Assembly (NCBI GenBank): GCA_951406725.2
Contig: OX597821.1
Span: 24,614,001 to 24,678,000, forward strand
Reading direction: 5' to 3'
Source: Octopus vulgaris
Lineage: Eukaryota
Length of the DNA stretch: 64,000 nucleotides
In this document: in pieces, positions 56,352 through 64,000 of the stretch
Layout of the letters: every line of letters starts with the position of its first letter
How positions within the stretch are numbered: position 1 is the stretch's first letter
The notes under the pieces: model-generated
Told to the model about the DNA's origin: nothing
What the model saw: the letters and a program-made list of their open reading frames with translations, nothing else
The model's database searches: none
Position numbers and translations under genes: made by a program

Positions 56352-56721
56352 GGGTATTGGCGGGGATGTGGTGATAGCGGTGAGGGATTTTCATTAGTTG
56401 TGGCAGTTACTGAGACTTGTTTGGTCTGACTTAGGTGAATTTACCCGTGGCTTTTATTTTGTTGTTGTTGTTGTTGTTTTGGGCGGTTGTTATAATAGAA
56501 TTGTCATGATTTCAATAGCGTAGCTTCTTGTTATTGTTGTCATTAGTGTTGTTGGTGTTGTTTTTAGAGAATGATGTTGTTGAGAATCATATTGCTTATG
56601 TCGCTATTTTTACAGGTGTGATGGTGTCGCTATAACAGGCGTAGATGGTGATGTATCTGTGTTGGGGTGTGCATGCATGTGGATGTATATGTGTGTTCGT
56701 ACATGTACGCATACATTCATA

Positions 56722-56823
<102 letters not shown>

Positions 56824-56913
56824 ATCCAAACAAGAAAACAAAAAGATAACAACGCAAGGATGTGGAACAAATAAAGTATTATTGGACGCTCAGGAAAGAA
56901 GGGAAGAAGGAGG

Positions 56914-56948
56914 GTTTGACGTTTCGAACGGAGCTCTTCGTCGGAAAC
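56914..56948 (-). ncRNA. minimal hammerhead-like motif within a ~160-bp Penelope-type mini-element (56819-56978)
   Basis: GTTT-CCGACGA-A-GAGC-TCC-GTTC-GAAAC-GTC-AAAC; U4C core variant. Confidence 0.55.
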
Positions 56949-56997
56949 ATAGGAGAAAGAAAGATCCCGAGACGGGAGATATATATAAATATATATG

Positions 56998-57028
<31 letters not shown>

Positions 57029-57048
57029 ATATAAAAATATGTTTGTGT

Positions 57049-57095
<47 letters not shown>

Positions 57096-57250
57096 GATAT
57101 ATAAAATATGTTTGTGTGTTTATATATATATATATCTATATATATATAAATTTATATATCTGTTATAAACACCCTCTCTCTCTCACACACACACACACAC
57201 GTGTGTGCATGTCTATCTGTCTGTATGTATGTATGTATGTATGTATGTAT

Positions 57251-57630
57251 CATGGCTGGATTAACCACTAAACAAGATAAGCACTTGGTTGGGGTACGAA
57301 TGCAAGAGCGGCATCACAAAAATGGTAAATGGTCTACAGCACAAAGCAAAATTACCGTTCAACTTGCTAAAAATATACTCCAACGGAAATATAATGTTAT
57401 AGTGAGGATTTGATCCTTTGCAATTAAATATGTGGGAGAAAACTTTTCAAATATGTATAAAATGAAAGTATACAAAAATTAACATTATTTTCCCTCTGTT
57501 AGTCTTGTTTGCTTTAAAAAAAAATAATTACTTTATTATTTGTTATTGTTTATATCTTGAATTACATGTATATGGGGGCACCAAAATATTTTAAGTGGTA
57601 GGAGCCTCTATGGGTCTTAATCCAGCCCTG
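57251..57630. mobile_element. hAT-type MITE; right end duplicated at 57692-57731
   Basis: 14-bp TIRs CATGGCTGGATTAA / TTAATCCAGCCCTG. Confidence 0.7.
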
Positions 57631-57695
<65 letters not shown>

Positions 57696-57736
57696 GTGGT
57701 AGGAGCCTCTATGGGTCTTAATCCAGCCCTGTTATA

Positions 57737-57791
<55 letters not shown>

Positions 57792-57883
57792 CAGCAAAAT
57801 TTAGATTCAAATGAATATGGTACTTAAGTTAGATGCACCAGAATTTTGTATGGTGTTATCCATATAAATCCATGGGTGATTAT

Positions 57884-57948
57884 AATCAAAATAAGCAACA
57901 AGAATAACTTCGGTTATTCCGAAGTTATTCTTGTTGCTTATTTTGATT
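57884..57948. repeat. perfect 30-bp inverted repeat with 5-nt loop
   Basis: AATCAAAATAAGCAACAAGAATAACTTCGG-TTATT-CCGAAGTTATTCTTGTTGCTTATTTTGATT. Confidence 0.95.
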
Positions 57949-58013
57949 TTATATATATATATATATAGATATCTCTGTCTCTCTCTCTCTCTCTATTTAT
58001 ATATATATATATG

Positions 58014-58053
<40 letters not shown>

Positions 58054-58068
58054 CAGTCGTGGCTTTTA

Positions 58069-58777
58069 GTCGCAGGCGTGGCTGTGTGGCAAGAAGCTTG
58101 CTTCTCAATCACATGGTTCCGGGTTCAGTCCCATTGCGTGGCATCTTCGGCAAGTGTCTTCTATACACACAGGCATACACACACACAGACGCACACATAC
58201 ATGTATGTGTATGTTTGTGTCTGTTTTTGTTCGCCACTACTACCTGACAACCGTTGTTAATGTGTTTACGTCCCCGTTAGCTAGAGGTTCAATGAAAGTG
58301 ACCGATAGAATAAAAACTAGGCTTGATAAAAAATAAGTACTAGGAGCGATTCATTCGATTAAAAATTCTTTAAGTCGGTGCCCTAGCATAGCTGCAAACT
58401 AATGACTGAAGCAAGTGAAAGGTGGGTTCAGTCCCATTGCATGACACCTTGGCCAAGTATCTTCTACTATAGCCTCGGGCCGACCAAAGCTTTGTGAGTG
58501 GATTTGGTAGATGGAAACTGAAAGAAACCCGTCGTATATATATATATATATACGTGTGTGTGTGTATGTGTGTATGTATGTATGTATGTATGTATGTATG
58601 TATGTATGTATGTATGTATGTGTGCGTATGTGTGAGTTTGTCCCCCCAAAATCGCTTGATAACTTAACAGTTCGACAAAAGAGCCTGATACAATAAGTAC
58701 TAGGCTTATAACGAATAAGTCCTGGGATCGATTTTCTCAACAAAAGACGGTTTCAAATGATTGAAACAAGTAAAAAA
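58069..58777 (+). mobile_element. two tandem diverged SINE family A copies
   Basis: Heads at about 58069 and 58424 (ggttcagtcccattgc), each followed by core and tail. Confidence 0.8.
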
Positions 58778-58821
58778 TACATACATATATGCATACATAC
58801 ATACATACATACATACATACA

Positions 58822-58852
<31 letters not shown>

Positions 58853-58872
58853 TAACCAAAAAAGGAAGCCGC

Positions 58873-58918
<46 letters not shown>

Positions 58919-58919
<1 letters not shown>

Positions 58920-59083
58920 TTTATTAAAAAGCAGCAAAAATATCACAAAATCTGTTACTCAATTTTCACGTTCCCGTTCGTCGGAAAGTTTTGTTTTGAT
59001 TCTAAACAGAAACTATCCGACGAACTTGAACGTGAAACTCTGAGTAACAGTTTTTGTGATATTTTTGCTGCTTTTTAATAAAG
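58919..59083. repeat. 165-bp imperfect palindrome (fold-back)
   Basis: Outer 43-bp arms have 1 mismatch; each inner arm contains CCGACGAAC..GAACGTGAAA. Confidence 0.9.
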
Positions 59084-59905
59084 CATATTACTCTTCCTCT
59101 GGTATTCGACTACTATTTTTTCGACCTTGTTTCGCCTTTATGTCCTTACTCTGGTATATATATATATATATATTATAGTCATTCCGTCGAATGACGAATC
59201 CGTATTTCCGGTGTTTCTGGGAAACTCGGTATAGTGACGGAATATGAATTCCTCTAGACAAACGAAAAGTATGGACTCATATTAGATGTACTGAGTTTGT
59301 CTAATTCAATCAGTCGTGCACCAAAATATATAAATATGAACATAGGTATTAGATAACTAAGAAAGAAAGCCGCTACTTAAGTTGATAAAGAGAGAAGGTG
59401 ATTCACCCTAAAATTACCGTTTTAAAATAGGAAGTATGCATGAGACAATATTGTCAAAAAAGGCGGGAGGGTCAGTGCTGGATCGACTTCGATCATTGAT
59501 CTACTCGTTTATTGTTGACCTAGAACAACAACGACGACACGAAATAAATCCTGTTTATAAAAGTGGGAAGGTGTTTCATTATGTGACCGGTGTGCAGAGA
59601 CACACCATATACATGTCACGCCCCTAAACAAGTTTGGTACACGACAAGCATGAAGTCTCCATAAACACACAGCAACAGTTTTAGTTAGATTTTCTGACAT
59701 GGAAATCAATAGGTTTTTGGGTTTTTTTGTTATATCTAATACTGGGCTTTTATGCATGCATACATACATACAAACATGTACATATGAATGCATTCACATA
59801 TGTATAAATACGTACATATATGTGTATATGTTGTCATATATATATGTATAAATACATACATATACGTGTGTGTATATGTGTGTAGTAATATATATGTATA
59901 GTTGC

Positions 59906-59952
<47 letters not shown>

Positions 59953-59994
59953 CATGTGTGGATGTATGTATATTTAAGCAAATGTGGATGTGTG

Positions 59995-60038
<44 letters not shown>

Positions 60039-60260
60039 CATACATACAGGCATACATATATACATACATACATACATGCATACATACATACATACATACA
60101 TACATACATACATACATACATACATACATACATACATACATACATACATACATACATACATACATGCATGCATGCATGCATGCATACATACATACATACA
60201 TACATATATACATACATAAATACATACAGACATATATACATAAATACATACATACATACA

Positions 60261-60291
<31 letters not shown>

Positions 60292-60520
60292 GTGTATATG
60301 TGTATGTGTGTATTCACTTAATGAACTTTGAAATTATACGTATACCATGGTTTGACGCAGGTACCATAAGATTACTTGAATTCCTGAGAGGATTTGAAGC
60401 AGATGGGAAAATTGTTGCGTCCGTTTGACACGCACAATCAATCACATACACAGATACATACTCTCTCGCTCCCTTACACATACAGTCACACATACACACA
60501 CACAATAGATATGTGTATGT

Positions 60521-60556
<36 letters not shown>

Positions 60557-60798
60557 ATATGCAAGCATACATACACGTAACGTTGCGTTACGATCTGGAA
60601 AAGGCGTACTCAGTACACGCATAATGCATTATGTATTATTTCCTTCTGTCTGATGAAGTGTCGGCCGGTACGTCGCGGAAACGGCCTGTTACTCAGGAAT
60701 TTCCGCAGCCGATACTTCGTCAGACAAGAGGAAACTCCAGAGTAACAGGCCACTGGGCCGGCTTACATAAATTATTGTGTGTGTGTGCGTGTGTGTGT

Positions 60799-60851
<53 letters not shown>

Positions 60852-61014
60852 CGTGTGCGTGAATACCTGCATACAGACATGAGGAAGAGGCTGATTAAAT
60901 GCAAACATAATGAATGTATGGATATACTTATAAGTGGTATACACATATATATGTGTCCGTGTGAGTGTGTGTGCGTGAGTGAGTATGCACACGCACACAT
61001 ACAAACATGTAAAC

Positions 61015-61056
<42 letters not shown>

Positions 61057-61090
61057 CACACACACATACATGCATACATACATACATACA

Positions 61091-61124
<34 letters not shown>

Positions 61125-61310
61125 CATACATACATATATATACACGCACATACATAAATACATACATATATACACACACACATACATACATATATACATA
61201 CATACATGCATACATATCCATGCTTGTATGTTCACATACACTCTCACAAACAGGTTACAATATGTGTGTGTGTATGTGTGTGTGTGTATGTGTGTGTATG
61301 TGTGTGTGTG

Positions 61311-61352
<42 letters not shown>

Positions 61353-61373
61353 CCATCAATAAGAAATACTCAC

Positions 61374-61712
61374 AGTTATTTTGTGCCTGGATCTTTGCCT
61401 CTCAATTTGATCCCGTTTTATCTATATCAATAGTATACATACGCATACACCTGCATATATAAATATATATATATTTATATATACGAATATATCACATATG
61501 GGTGTGTATGTGAGTGTATATTATGGAGGTATGACGACTAGGATGCTGGCTGAACGGTTGATGGGTCTTGCTGAAACTTTTTTTGACAAGCTAAAACGAA
61601 GCTGTTTACGTCTTGCATCTGCATGGAGATGATCTCTCTTCTCGTACACCTTCTTCTCTTTCCCGTCTTTCGCACCTCGATAGGGGTTTATCTGCTTAAA
61701 TCAGGGTATTTT
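61374..61712 (-). other. gcm: putative non-coding first exon of gcm
   Basis: Non-repetitive island starting at an Inr-like TCAAAAT 30 nt downstream of a TATA box and ending at donor CT|GTGAGT (61373-61368). Same strand as gcm, and no other gene was seen in between. The link to gcm is inferred. Confidence 0.55.
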
Positions 61713-61825
61713 GAAGGGACCCGCTGCCTCAGCTTTTATATATAGCACGAGGAAATTGTTCTCAGTTATGGGAATTGTCCAATGAGTCGCTTTCATCCGC
61801 GATCTGTCATTATGCGGGTTCAAGC
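61705..61825 (-). promoter_or_regulatory. candidate gcm core promoter: TATA box, Inr, CCAAT, GCM site
   Basis: Minus strand TATATAAAAG (61742-61733), Inr-like TCA with +1 at 61712, CCAAT at about 61779-61783, perfect GCM consensus ATGCGGGT at 61812-61819. Confidence 0.6.
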
Positions 61826-62602
61826 TCAATACTGCCAGGCCCACCTCTTTTATATTTTTATTTTTTTAAAGCTTAATTCCTCTTCTTGTTCCCCTATCAT
61901 CCTTCCCCTTCATCTTCTACCTTCATATATTTGCCCACCCTCATATCATCACCACCTACCCCCTTGTTTGTTTACGATTCTTTTATTTACATTAATCGCT
62001 GGCGCGCCACAACCACTACCCTTGTCTCCCACCACCACCATCATTTAAACCACCACCACCTCACTTTCTCTCTCTCTCTTTCTCTCTCCCCCTACTCGCC
62101 AGTCTACCACTGTAACCACCTCTATATCTGACACTACCACCACCACCACCACCGCTGCTACCGCCATTGCTAACTCTTTCACCTGCGAGTTTCAAGAAGT
62201 TTCGTTTTGTTTTACTTCTTCCAAGACTTTTATCCTGCATCTTGATCTTTTAATGTCTTGCTGACACCTCCACCATTATGACTTCAACCACCACCATCAC
62301 TACAAGTCCTACCACCACCACCACCATCACCACCACCGCCGCCACCACTTTCATCGTAACAACTTCGACTACACCTCCTTCCCTTCTATCCTTTATATAT
62401 GTCTCCCTCTTAAACCTACTCCTTTCCCTCCACATTCTCCAAGTCTATATCTATCATCAACTTCCTCTCACCTATCTCTAACAACTTTACCCCCCTCTTA
62501 TCTCTTTACCTCCCTTTACCAACACACTCTCCTTTCCTTCACCTATCACGGTCTATATCTATCTCCCTCTCATATATACATATACATAAATACATGCATA
62601 TA

Positions 62603-62632
<30 letters not shown>

Positions 62633-62639
<7 letters not shown>

Positions 62640-62718
62640 GCGCGCGTGTATACATGCATATATATGCGTGTGTATATATATATAGGCGCGCGTGTATACA
62701 TGCATATATATGCGTGTG

Positions 62719-62749
<31 letters not shown>

Positions 62750-62850
62750 TATATATAGGCGCGCGTGTATACATGCATATATAAGTGTGTGTATGTATAT
62801 ATATATATATTATATAGGCGCGCGTGTATACATGTATACATGCATATATA
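62633..62850. repeat. four-copy minisatellite TATAGGCGCGCGTGTATACATG in a (TA)n matrix
   Basis: Units at about 62635, 62681, 62754 and 62813. Confidence 0.85.
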
Positions 62851-62909
<59 letters not shown>

Positions 62910-64000
62910 ATACATACATGTATGTATGTACGTACACACACGCATACATTTATATGTTGCGTTCTTTCGTCATCAGCATTCCTCCTCCCTCTCTTCAACG
63001 ATCACACTCTTTACAGTTATTCTCTTTCCCTCTCCTCTCCCTCTTTCACTTCCTTCTATCTTGTGTACCCGCCCGCCTCTCACTATCACCACGACTCACC
63101 AAATCTTTCTTCGTTTCCACTCCGACTTGGACTCCCTCTCTCCCTTTTTTTCACTCATCCTTTCTCTCTTTTCACAAATTATTTCTCTCCCACTCCTTGT
63201 TATCGTCATCATCCCCTGCCGTCCACACACACACACACACATTCAAAATCTTCTTTCACCCCAAGACATTTTCTTTCTTTCTTCCCCATCCTCAACACTA
63301 ATACTACAACTCCTACCACCACCACTGAACGCTTTGCTCCTCTCCCACCACTTACTCTTTACGTCTCTCCCCCTCTTCACTCTTCGCTTCTTAACGTCGC
63401 TTCTACCGCTCCTCACCCTCTACTACAACATCACCATCGATCTCTTCCCCCTCATTCCCACCATCAGTCAGTGCAGGCCTCCCTCTAACCACTACTCTTC
63501 ACTCTTATTACCCACCACATACTCTACCTTCGCCACCGCTCCACTATTTGTGTCTGTCCTTCCCGTTCCCTTGTTCTCTCCCCTTCTCTGCCTCAGCCTA
63601 CTCCTCACTATTATTGTTACAGACAGTTAGCTAGGATCAATGGTGCAGCGTTTGGTTAATAACTGGACATAGACTTCCACCACCACCTGCTACAACTACT
63701 ACTACTGTAACTATTGCTCCTACTACTCTCTTTCACTCACCTTCCCGCCGCCGCCGCCTTCGAGTCGCTTTACTACTCCTACTCCCCTTCACTACTCCCT
63801 CTCTCCTTCTCTTTCAGTTGTAGTTACAGTTCCTTCTACCCTTAATGACCACACTCTCACTTTCTCTCACTTCCTTTCTTTTCTTCGTTTTCCATCTCTT
63901 TCTTTTCCTTTCTTCATCTCTCACCCTTCGTCTCCCTCACTTCCCTTTCTCAGCTGCAATTTCGGCTACCGTTTCTGATTTTTCTCTTTCTCTCTCTCCT

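Overview
Eukaryotic, AT-rich DNA saturated with microsatellites. The tRNA-derived SINE families and repeat landscape point to an octopus (coleoid cephalopod) genome; this is inference, not a database match. The only clear protein-coding gene is a glial cells missing (gcm) transcription factor on the minus strand. It has five coding exons (41353-41213, 40155-39903, 39103-38889, 37975-37894, 36480-35132) that splice in frame at GT-AG sites to 2040 nt / 679 aa. A candidate TATA+Inr promoter and non-coding first exon lie about 20 kb upstream (61712-61374), with a perfect GCM binding site at about -100. Also present are an intact tRNA-Arg(TCG), a decayed paralogue and a candidate promoter/first exon of a second leftward gene at about 13.7 kb. 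The many transposon relics include three SINE families, R4/Dong, RTE, Tx1/L1, Penelope-like, mariner, maT, Tigger, MITEs and Helitron-like elements. Most notable observations: (i) a 407-bp, 99%-identical inverted duplication brackets the gcm terminal exon; (ii) Penelope-type mini-elements carrying minimal hammerhead ribozyme motifs and fold-back hairpins are embedded in (TA)n tracts, several in sense orientation inside the putative gcm intron 1; (iii) gcm shows probable autoregulatory and uORF architecture. Nearly all ORF-track entries are microsatellite artefacts. All alignments and coordinates were derived by eye.
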